This document shows positions 48,772-56,417 of a stretch of DNA of 56,417 nt, in pieces (position 1 is the stretch's first letter; every line of letters begins with the position of its first letter). The DNA comes from an uncultured Gammaproteobacteria bacterium (GTDB lineage Bacteria; Patescibacteriota; Patescibacteriia; UBA9934; GWF2-40-263), in the NCBI GenBank assembly GCA_964402425.1, contig CAYOCD010000006.1, positions 1 to 56,417 on the forward strand. Reading direction: 5' to 3'. A program made the translations under genes and the position numbers. The notes beneath the pieces were generated by a model. The model was not told the DNA's origin and did no database searches. It worked only from the letters and a program-made list of their open reading frames with translations.

Positions 48772-50460
48772 ATGACCGTTCCAGAAAAAAAACTGTTTGC
48801 AGGATCACTTCTTCTTGTCATTCTCTCGCTTGTGTTTCTTACGGGAGTGTATCTTTTTGCCCATCGCGTTGAACTTCCAGCCATTGGTGGAGAAAATACG
48901 GAAGCCTTGATTGGAACACCTAGATTAATCAATCCACTCTATGCATCCACAAATGACGCGGATGCAGATTTAGCCGCATTGATTTACTCCGGCCTCGTCA
49001 AATGGGATCCAGAGCAGGGATATGTAAATGATCTTGCTGATTCCATTATCTTAAGCGAAGACCAATTAAGTTACACCATCCACATCAAACAAAATGCAAA
49101 ATTCTCTGATGGTGAGCGCGTACAAGCACGCGATGTTGTTTTTACCTATTCCGCCCTACAAGACCCAAACTATCGAAGCCCTTTGTCTGGAGATTTTCGT
49201 CAGATAAAAATCGAACAAGTTGATGATCAAACAGTTCTCTTCACCTTAAAAGAAGCAGATCTCTTGTTTACAAATAAACTCACAATCGGAATTCTGCCAG
49301 AAAATCTTTGGTCTGATATCTTGGCACAAAATGTGCCACTTGCATCCCTTAACCTTCAACCTGTCGGAAGCGGACCGTATGCGTTTCAAGAATTCACCAA
49401 AGACAAGAAAGGATCGATTCGATCCTACACTCTCAAACGCAACACACACTATTACGGAACAGAACCGAAAATAGAAAAAATTATTTTCAAATTTTATTCC
49501 GACGAACAATCTGCAACACAAGCCCTTACCAATAAAAACGTAGAAGGTGTGGGATATATCGCCTTTGAACACCGTGAGGTTGTTGAAAACAACCACGGAG
49601 TCAATCTGATGTATGCTCCTATTCCGCGTGGAACACTCCTTTTTTTCAATCAACAAAATGCATTACTCAAAAATGCAACAATACGTCTTGCGATCGCCCA
49701 AGCCATCGATAAGAACAAGATTGTTTCAGGAGTTTTGAATTCTCATGCTCGGGTTTTAAATGGCCCTATTTTCTCTGGTTCTTCTGCCTTTGACGAATCC
49801 TTTGCGGGAATTGCGTTTGAACCAGCAGCGGCTGCATCTGCATTAGACGCGGCAGGTTTTCAAAAACCCGTCGGAGCAACATTGCGCAAAACCTCCGACA
49901 AAGCTCCTGAAAAAAAAGAATCTGATGCAGAAACACCAGAAATTCCAGACCTTGCGTTTACCCTCACAACCGTCTCAAATGAAGAATTCATCAACGTTGC
50001 ACAAGAAATCAAAAATGAATTGGACCTTCTTGGAATCGGAATCACCATAAAAACCGTTGATGCAAATCAACTCATGAATGAAGTGATTGCAACACAAGAT
50101 TTTGAATTATTACTTACAGCAAATTACGGAGCAACAAACCCGGATCCTTATTTCTTTTGGCACTCTTCTCAAATTGAGAAAGGTGGATTCAATGTTGCAC
50201 ATTACCAAAGTACAGATGCAGACAAACTCCTTGTCAGCGCTCGATCAGCAAAAACACAAGCGGACAAAGACCTGCTCACTCGACAATTTCAGTCACTTCT
50301 GGTAAAAGAAGTCCCAGCTGTTTTTCTTTATCAATCCATGTACGCATTTGCGGAGCCAAAAAAGATTCATCTGACTCCCCCATCTCACCTGCGTATTCCA
50401 TCGGATCGTTTTACAAATGTGGCAGATTGGTACATCAAGACAAAACAAACGTTGAAGTAA
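48772..50460 (+). CDS. ABC transporter substrate-binding protein, family 5 (peptide/nickel type); N-terminus uncertain
   Basis: A TM anchor followed by the SBP_bac_5 layout (LVKWDPEQGYVNDLA, KFSDGERVQARDVVFT). The frame stays open upstream as far as the secG stop. Confidence 0.8.
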   Translation: MTVPEKKLFAGSLLLVILSLVFLTGVYLFAHRVELPAIGGENTEALIGTPRLINPLYASTNDADADLAALIYSGLVKWDPEQGYVNDLADSIILSEDQLSYTIHIKQNAKFSDGERVQARDVVFTYSALQDPNYRSPLSGDFRQIKIEQVDDQTVLFTLKEADLLFTNKLTIGILPENLWSDILAQNVPLASLNLQPVGSGPYAFQEFTKDKKGSIRSYTLKRNTHYYGTEPKIEKIIFKFYSDEQSATQALTNKNVEGVGYIAFEHREVVENNHGVNLMYAPIPRGTLLFFNQQNALLKNATIRLAIAQAIDKNKIVSGVLNSHARVLNGPIFSGSSAFDESFAGIAFEPAAAASALDAAGFQKPVGATLRKTSDKAPEKKESDAETPEIPDLAFTLTTVSNEEFINVAQEIKNELDLLGIGITIKTVDANQLMNEVIATQDFELLLTANYGATNPDPYFFWHSSQIEKGGFNVAHYQSTDADKLLVSARSAKTQADKDLLTRQFQSLLVKEVPAVFLYQSMYAFAEPKKIHLTPPSHLRIPSDRFTNVADWYIKTKQTLK

Positions 50461-50604
50461 AAAGCATAACGATGCGAAAACTTCTGAAATTGGATGCATC
50501 ACGAAGTGCTGGAGTCAAAAAGAGTTGAGCTGTATACAAAAAAAATACAGCGAAGCGTTTTTTTGATGAAGCACGAGGGAAGCGTCAATTTCAGAAGTTT
50601 TCGC

Positions 50605-50690
50605 GCGGATGTGGCGGAACGGTATACGCGCAGGTCTCAGAAGCCTGTGGGCGCAAGCTCTTGGAGGTTCAAGTCCTCTCATCCGCACCA
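50605..50690 (+). tRNA. tRNA-Leu (anticodon CAG), type II, CCA encoded
   Basis: Acceptor GCGGATG/CATCCGC, anticodon stem CAGGT/GCCTG, loop cuCAGaa, a long variable arm, and a T arm identical to that of tRNA-Leu(GAG). Confidence 0.88.
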
Positions 50691-51031
50691 CAAAAACCCA
50701 TGTTTTCATCGGGTGGTGGATCGAATCCAAACACGGTACAATAGGAACAGTGTTTGTATGTGACATTTTCCGGATGTTCTCATTTTATGAGGTCATCTCA
50801 AAAAGTTCGCATATACCTCGTGTAAAAAAGGAGAGAAAAAAACTGTTCCTTAACAATTGAATATTTTTTGATCAAAAACCTTCTTTTTGTTTTTGTATTT
50901 TTTGATCACTAACACAAAAAAACAAACGTCGCTGAGTCGATAGGTTGTTCTGTGCAGGGATTATTCTGTTTACACACAAAATTCCTCAACAGATGAATTT
51001 AACGACTCAACGACTTCTTAATAACAGATGT

Positions 51032-52846
51032 ATGGTACAAACACCCTCAAAACCCCCTACCCCAAAACCAGGAAACAACAAACCAGGAGACAACAAATTC
51101 CGCGGACGCGTTTTTCGTGCACAGCCAAAACGCTTTGTAGAAACCCCTCAACAAGTCAGTTCTGTTAAAACCTATTCCACATCAAGCGGAGACAAACTTC
51201 GTATTATGGTACTCGGAGGATGTGAAGAAGTTGGACGCAACTGTACCCTTCTTGAATATAAGGACGATATCGTTATTGTAGACATGGGACTTCAGTTTCC
51301 AGAAGAAAACATGCCGGGAGTGGATTACATCATTCCAAACATGACGTACTTGAAAGGAAAGGAAAAAAATGTTCGCGGCGTGATCATCACCCACGGTCAC
51401 TATGACCACATTGGTGCGATTCCACACACTGTTCCAAACATTGGAAACCCACCTATTTATGCACTCCCAATGTCAGCGGGAATCATTAAGCGTCGTCAAG
51501 AAGATTTTCACACGCGTCCACTTAACCTGAAGGTCACAAAAAACACAGACGTCTTGAAACTCGGAGCGTTTACCGTTTCCTTCTTCCACATCAACCACAA
51601 CATTCCAGACTCTGTCGGAATTGTGATTGACACACCAGTTGGAACCGTCTGTCACACAGGAGACTGGAAATTTGATTTCCACCCAGCTGGAACAGAACAC
51701 GCAGACTTTCAGACCATCGCCGCGATCGGAAAGAAAGGTGTGCTTTGTCTGATGGGAGACTCCACAAATGCAAACGTTCCAGGTCACCAGATCTCAGAAA
51801 AAGTCATTGAAGACGAATTACGTACCGTTATTGAAAAGGCACAAGGACGTATTATTATCGGAACCTTTGCTTCCCTTCTCGCACGCGTAAAACAAATTAT
51901 CGAAATCTCGGAATCCCTCGGAAAGAAAGTGGCGATCGATGGTTACTCCATGAAAACAAACATCGAAATCGCAAAGGAACTTGGATTTATCAAATGCCAA
52001 GCATCCACCCTCATCAAACCAGAACAAATGGATGCCTATGCAGACAATAAGCTCGTGCTTATCTGTACCGGCGCACAGGGAGAGAAAAAAGCGGCGCTTA
52101 ACCGCATTGCAAACAACGAACATCGTGTCATCAAGATTCGTAAGTCTGATACGGTCATTTTCTCAAGCTCTGTTATTCCTGGAAACGAAAACTCCGTTCA
52201 ACGTCTCATGGATACGCTGTATCGCAAAGGATGCAAAGTAATCAACTACAAAATGATGGACGTTCACGCGGGAGGTCACGCCAAAAAAGAAGACATCAAA
52301 CTCATGCTTGCTCTCTTCAAACCAAAATACTACGTTCCAATTGAAGGAAATCACTTCCTCCTCCGTGAAAACGCATCCGTTGCGTATTCCATGGGTTGGA
52401 AAGAAGAAAATGTCTTCGTGGTTGATAACGGACAAATCATGGAATTTTCTAAAGACCACGGAAAATTAACAAATGAGAAGGTTCCTACCGATTACGTCTT
52501 TGTGGACGGTCTCGGTGTGGGAGACGTTTCTCAAGTCGTGCTTCGTGATCGCCAAGTGCTTGCGGAAGACGGAATGGTGGTTGTCATCGTTCAAGTCGAA
52601 AAACACACCGGAAAACTCGTCGGCAATCCAGATATTGTTTCGCGCGGATTTATCTTCATGAAAGATCACATTGAACTCATTGAAGGAACACGCAAAGAAG
52701 TCAAAAAACTGGTTACAGAAAAAGCTCCTGGCTCAGAACTGGATCCAAAATATCTTCGCGATCAAATTCGCGATGAAGTCGGAAAGTTCTTGTTCAAAAA
52801 AACAGAACGCCGACCAATGATTTTGCCAGTAATTATCGAAGTTTAA
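51032..52846 (+). CDS. rnj: Ribonuclease J (metallo-beta-lactamase/beta-CASP)
   Basis: Contains ITHGHYDHIGA and the beta-CASP and C-terminal domains. The start is trimmed to MVQTPSKPP. Confidence 0.92.
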   Translation: MVQTPSKPPTPKPGNNKPGDNKFRGRVFRAQPKRFVETPQQVSSVKTYSTSSGDKLRIMVLGGCEEVGRNCTLLEYKDDIVIVDMGLQFPEENMPGVDYIIPNMTYLKGKEKNVRGVIITHGHYDHIGAIPHTVPNIGNPPIYALPMSAGIIKRRQEDFHTRPLNLKVTKNTDVLKLGAFTVSFFHINHNIPDSVGIVIDTPVGTVCHTGDWKFDFHPAGTEHADFQTIAAIGKKGVLCLMGDSTNANVPGHQISEKVIEDELRTVIEKAQGRIIIGTFASLLARVKQIIEISESLGKKVAIDGYSMKTNIEIAKELGFIKCQASTLIKPEQMDAYADNKLVLICTGAQGEKKAALNRIANNEHRVIKIRKSDTVIFSSSVIPGNENSVQRLMDTLYRKGCKVINYKMMDVHAGGHAKKEDIKLMLALFKPKYYVPIEGNHFLLRENASVAYSMGWKEENVFVVDNGQIMEFSKDHGKLTNEKVPTDYVFVDGLGVGDVSQVVLRDRQVLAEDGMVVVIVQVEKHTGKLVGNPDIVSRGFIFMKDHIELIEGTRKEVKKLVTEKAPGSELDPKYLRDQIRDEVGKFLFKKTERRPMILPVIIEV

Positions 52847-52851
52847 TCAGA

Positions 52852-52886
52852 AAAAAGCCCGTATCGCAAGATATGGGCTTTTCTGT
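52852..52886 (+). terminator. Terminator after rnj
   Basis: Stem AGCCCGTATC/GATATGGGCT with loop GCAA, followed by a T-run. Confidence 0.75.
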
Positions 52887-52901
52887 TATTATTTCCTCAC
52901 T

Positions 52902-53885
52902 ATGTCACGAGTCCTCACTGCCCTCCAACCAACCGGTATTTTGCACATCGGAAATTATTTCGGTGCGATTGAGCCGTTTTTACAATTGCAAAATCAAGGA
53001 AATGAAAATTTCCTGTTTGCGGTTGATTATCACGCGATTACGGTTCCACAAGATCCGGAAACATTGCGTAAAAATATTCTGTTTGCAACCGCGGTGTATC
53101 TTGCGTCTGGCGTTGATACAACAAAGACCACCCTCTTTCAACAATCGTATGTTCAGGAACACACAGAACTTGCATGGATCCTTAGTTGTATTGCCGGCAT
53201 GGGCGAAATGGAACGCATGACGCAATTTAAAGATAAAGCAAAAGGAAAAGGCGAATCCGTGTCTGTTGGACTCTTCACATACCCAATCCTCATGGCAGCA
53301 GACATCTTGCTTTATGACACGCAAATCGTGCCTGTGGGCGAAGACCAAAAACAACATGTGGAACTCGCGCGGGATTTAGCAGAACGATTCAATAATCGAT
53401 TTGGATACACCTTCTTTGTTCCAAAACCACAGATCCGCGAATCCGGTGCGCGCATCATGGGACTCGATGACCCAGAAAAGAAAATGTCCAAGTCCGCACC
53501 AAGTGAAAAAAATTACATCAGCCTCATGGATGACGAGGCAACGGTTCTCAAAAAAATCAAAAGCGCTGTTACGGACTCTGAAGGAACGATCGTCTATCGC
53601 GAGCACCGCAAAGGAATCGCAAACTTGATGACAATCTATTCCCTGCTCACCGGAGCAAACATGATTGAGATCGAAAAGATTTTTGAAGGCAAAGGATACG
53701 GAGATTTCAAAGTCGCGCTTGCCGCAGAAGTCACCGCATTTCTCTCCCCGCTTCAAAAAAAGATCAAATCGTATTTGGAAGATGAAGACATGCTGAAACA
53801 AGTCCTCGCAAGCGGAGCCGAAAAAGCACGTGAGATTGCGCAGAAAAAAATGATCGAAGTCAGAAAAAAGATCGGGGTTGCTTGA
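52902..53885 (+). CDS. trpS: Tryptophan--tRNA ligase
   Basis: Contains LQPTGILHIGNYFGA and KMSKS. Confidence 0.95.
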   Translation: MSRVLTALQPTGILHIGNYFGAIEPFLQLQNQGNENFLFAVDYHAITVPQDPETLRKNILFATAVYLASGVDTTKTTLFQQSYVQEHTELAWILSCIAGMGEMERMTQFKDKAKGKGESVSVGLFTYPILMAADILLYDTQIVPVGEDQKQHVELARDLAERFNNRFGYTFFVPKPQIRESGARIMGLDDPEKKMSKSAPSEKNYISLMDDEATVLKKIKSAVTDSEGTIVYREHRKGIANLMTIYSLLTGANMIEIEKIFEGKGYGDFKVALAAEVTAFLSPLQKKIKSYLEDEDMLKQVLASGAEKAREIAQKKMIEVRKKIGVA

Positions 53886-53964
53886 CGTAGCACCCCGTTT
53901 TTGTTAGGGTTTCGTCTTCTTGCAAGGTGCTCGAAGTATAGTTTTACCTCACAATAGGTGACTC

Positions 53965-55038
53965 ATGGAACATCGTCGGCGAAGAACGACAACACTTGAA
54001 GAACGCACCACACATCGTGCAAACATCGAACGCCTAATCTTGCAAGGACTCGAAGACTCCGGCAAGACACATCGCTTTGATAACAAACACGATCCCAAAA
54101 AACCTTTCATGTATTTCTTTCAAGAAACTCACGAAGGTCTCGTTCTGTTCGTCATCTTCTACACACAAGCATGTCGATGGATGCGTTGCATAGGATGCAC
54201 ACTTCCATCCACCTCGTCACTGCAACACATCGACTTTTCTGACATCATGGATCAAACACACTCTATCTTCGAGGACCCAATGGTTCTTGGACGAGCACAT
54301 GAGATCAAAAAAGTGATTGTGAGTAATCAAGGATCTGTTCTCGACAATGAGACATTTCCCACAACGGCTCTCCTGCACTTTGTCATGAAGTGCAACAAGC
54401 ACTTGCCAAACATGGCGGTTCTGACACTGGAATCACGACCAGAATACGTCGATGATGTTGAACTTGAAGTTCTCTCACGAGCGCTTGAAGAAGGAGCCAC
54501 TCCCACAACTCTTGAAATCGCTATCGGACTTGAAGTCTTTGACGACGACATTCGTAATTTGATTTTTGGAAAGGGATTGCGCAAGCAAAAGTTGGATGCC
54601 CTTGCGGAGCGGCTCGCAGAACACGGGTTCCGCATGAAGTGTTACTTCATGTTTAAGCCCGTGCTCGATGAGCATATGAGTCGAGCAGATGCCATTAATG
54701 ACGTGCAAGGTGCCATTCGGTATCTGAGCGATGTTATGGCTCGAGTACCAAACTCGATGATCTCCATCCACTTGAACCCAACATACGCTGCACGCGGCAC
54801 TCCACTCGAAGCTGCCCTCAAGGCAGGAAAATACACCCCTCCCCATCTGAGTGATGTTGTCCGCGCTATCCGATTTGGAGAAGGTCGCGGCATTCCTATT
54901 TTTGTCGGCATGAATGAAGAAAATCTCGCTGTTAAAGGCGGATCCTTCGTTCGTCCCGGTGACGAAGAAACCATTCGCATCATCAATGAATTCAACAAAA
55001 CACAGGACTACGGCCTGTTCAAGCAGCTACCGGACTAA
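53965..55038 (+). CDS. Elp3-like / TIGR01210-type radical SAM family protein (CX4CX2C cluster motif)
   Basis: Contains YTQACRWMRCIGC, SNQGSVLDNETFP, LESRPEYV, IAIGLEVFDD and YFMFKP. GC content is elevated relative to neighbouring genes. Confidence 0.6.
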   Translation: MEHRRRRTTTLEERTTHRANIERLILQGLEDSGKTHRFDNKHDPKKPFMYFFQETHEGLVLFVIFYTQACRWMRCIGCTLPSTSSLQHIDFSDIMDQTHSIFEDPMVLGRAHEIKKVIVSNQGSVLDNETFPTTALLHFVMKCNKHLPNMAVLTLESRPEYVDDVELEVLSRALEEGATPTTLEIAIGLEVFDDDIRNLIFGKGLRKQKLDALAERLAEHGFRMKCYFMFKPVLDEHMSRADAINDVQGAIRYLSDVMARVPNSMISIHLNPTYAARGTPLEAALKAGKYTPPHLSDVVRAIRFGEGRGIPIFVGMNEENLAVKGGSFVRPGDEETIRIINEFNKTQDYGLFKQLPD

Positions 55039-55197
55039 AAAAGTCTGGTTTTTTATTTATTCAAGGATTGACAAAATCGATATTTTATAGTAAAGTCCCG
55101 CGTCATGTGCATATGACATTGGCTCGGAACCCTTGTTTTCTTCAAAAAAAATAAAGGCTCCTGGCCAATGTTCGGCCTATGATGGAGAGGTGTCTCA

Positions 55198-56025
55198 ATG
55201 AAGCGTTCGATGTTAAACTTCTTGTTTCTCTGCCTCCTGGTCATGTTCGGTGCTTTCGGATGCCACGGCGTCAACGTCGGACCAGGCGAAGAGGCGGTGC
55301 TGCTCATGCAGCCCATGCTGTTCGGTGATGGTGGCGTGGTCCCCACCCCAGTGAAGACTGGCCAGATGTGGGTGGCCTACACCACCCACGAAACGATTGT
55401 AGACATGAAACCGATGCAGTTCGAGCTCAACCTCGACGACTTCATGACATCAGACGGCGTGCCGCTCGATTTTCATGCAGTCATCCGGCTGCGCGTCACC
55501 GACTCCGTAAAGCTCATCGAGCAATTCGGAGTAAAATGGTACGAAAGCAATGTACAGATGGAGTTTGCCACTCTCGTTCGGCAAGCGGTCAAGAAGCACG
55601 GAATGAACGAGACAGCGATTCAGACCGCAGCCATCGAAGAGATCGATGCTGAAGTCAGGACAGGCCTCGCAAAGTACATCGCGGTCAAGAAGCTGCCGGT
55701 CGAACTGATCGATGTCACGGTCGGCAAGGCGAATCCACCAGACGCGGTCAAGAATCAGAGAATCGAGACCGCGTCGCAACAACAGCGCGCACTCACAGAG
55801 GCCCAGCGAAAGCTCGCCGAAGACGCCCGCAAGATGGCCGAGGAAAGCCGCGCCGCAGCCGACAACGCGTATCGCAATGCAATGTCCCTCGATCCGAGCC
55901 AATTCCTCGCGCTCGAGACCATCAAAATGCAGCGCGAAGTCTGTGCGGCAGCTGGTGGCCACTGCTCCTTCATTATCGGTGGGGGCGACAATCAGCCTCA
56001 ACCGGTGATCAACGTCGGCAAGTAA
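55198..56025 (+). CDS. SPFH/band-7 (prohibitin-like) domain lipoprotein, GC-rich
   Basis: Lipobox FGAFGC, a band-7-like core (VPLDFHAVIRLRVTD), and an Ala/Gln/Arg-rich coiled coil. Confidence 0.55.
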   Translation: MKRSMLNFLFLCLLVMFGAFGCHGVNVGPGEEAVLLMQPMLFGDGGVVPTPVKTGQMWVAYTTHETIVDMKPMQFELNLDDFMTSDGVPLDFHAVIRLRVTDSVKLIEQFGVKWYESNVQMEFATLVRQAVKKHGMNETAIQTAAIEEIDAEVRTGLAKYIAVKKLPVELIDVTVGKANPPDAVKNQRIETASQQQRALTEAQRKLAEDARKMAEESRAAADNAYRNAMSLDPSQFLALETIKMQREVCAAAGGHCSFIIGGGDNQPQPVINVGK

Positions 56026-56034
56026 TCTCTTCAA

Positions 56035-56060
56035 GAGTCCCTCATGGACTCTTTTTTCTT
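56035..56060 (+). terminator. Terminator after the SPFH gene
   Basis: Stem AAGAGTCC/GGACTCTT with loop CTCAT, followed by a T6 run. Confidence 0.8.
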
Positions 56061-56073
56061 TGCCAATTTTCCG

Positions 56074-56102
56074 TTGACATTTCCCTTTTATTCTGTTAGT
56101 AT
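56074..56102 (+). promoter_or_regulatory. Promoter TTGACA-17-TAGTAT for rnpB
   Basis: Read directly. The predicted transcription start is near 56109. Confidence 0.6.
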
Positions 56103-56108
56103 TCCCTC

Positions 56109-56417
56109 GTTCTCAAGGATGATCGGGTGATTACCTGGACAAACGTCTGGGAGGAAAGTCCGAACACCTCGCATGCAGCAATGTATGCGGACAAGAAAAG
56201 TTGTTAACGACAACCAAGGATACGTATTCGAGCGCGAGGCGTTGGAGCAATTCACGCTTTGATCCCGAATACCAACCTTAGGGAAAGTACCACAGAGACA
56301 ATACTAGTTCTGGCGCAAGCCAGGATGAAAGGTGAAAAGTGATGTGATGTCGCAAGACTACGCATCTCGCTGCATGGTGACATGCATGTGTGGCAAACCC
56401 TTTTCGGTGAAAGAGCA
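56109..56417 (+). ncRNA. rnpB: RNase P RNA (bacterial type A), 3' end beyond the window
   Basis: Contains GGGAGGAAAGTCCGAACAC (CR-I), CACAGAGACAA, GATGAAAGGTGAAAAGTG and GGCAAACCC, in the order found in E. coli M1 RNA. Confidence 0.85.

Noticed and set aside
50863-50908. A direct repeat ATTTTTTGATCA (50863-50874 and 50897-50908), the first copy within the perfect palindrome TTTTTGATCAAAAA, upstream of rnj. It might be an operator.
   Set aside because: It is short and AT-rich in an AT-rich spacer, so it is plausibly a chance occurrence. There is no supporting evidence from the sequence alone.
55450-56034. A 194-aa minus-strand ORF opposite the SPFH gene.
   Set aside because: It is the typical stop-poor antisense frame of a GC-rich gene. 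The plus-strand product has a lipobox and band-7-like features.

Overview
This is a 56.4-kb, tightly packed bacterial chromosome segment. Hand counts of single 60-nt lines give about 37-42% GC over most of it. The standard genetic code applies, because large housekeeping genes read through intact. The gene content suggests a Patescibacteria/CPR-like genome, though this is an inference. The supporting signs are a minimal housekeeping set, a short YidC, an archaeal-type cmk, Wzy_C/TPR fusions, and pilin-like, TSP3, MopE and FG-GAP surface proteins. Housekeeping genes present are rsmA, an SDR epimerase, prfB (with the classic +1 frameshift), groES-groEL behind a CIRCE operator, yidC, nusA, yraN, a bactofilin, argS, valS, cca, an rluD-like gene, a cmk-like gene, rplS, uvrA, secG, a family-5 SBP, rnj and trpS. 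There are five tRNAs (Val-UAC, Leu-GAG, Val-GAC, Ile-UAU, Leu-CAG) and the 5' part of RNase P RNA. I saw no rRNA, CRISPR array, transposase or integrase. The main result concerns the first 8.6 kb, which looks empty in the ORF track. It is one uninterrupted minus-strand reading frame, with its ATG at 8648 and still open at base 1, so it exceeds 2,882 codons. It encodes a giant, extremely Cys-rich secreted protein and is translationally coupled to a small membrane-anchored protein carrying a TSP3-like motif. A second unusual locus (45424-48159) pairs a membrane-anchored DsbA-like protein that has a monothiol CPFS site with a 652-aa protein. In that protein a VirB2/T4SS-pilin-like two-TM hairpin is flanked on both sides by Cys-rich ectodomains. 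A MopE-repeat/FG-GAP lipoprotein and a Cys-rich YpfJ-like metallopeptidase complete a disulfide-rich surface repertoire. Other observations are a GIY-YIG gene exactly bracketed by 43-48 bp inverted repeats, two dispersed short-repeat families, and a rare tRNA-Ile(UAU). There is also a GC-rich two-gene island (Elp3-like radical SAM plus SPFH lipoprotein) between trpS and rnpB, and an orphan non-coding interval that has its own terminator.
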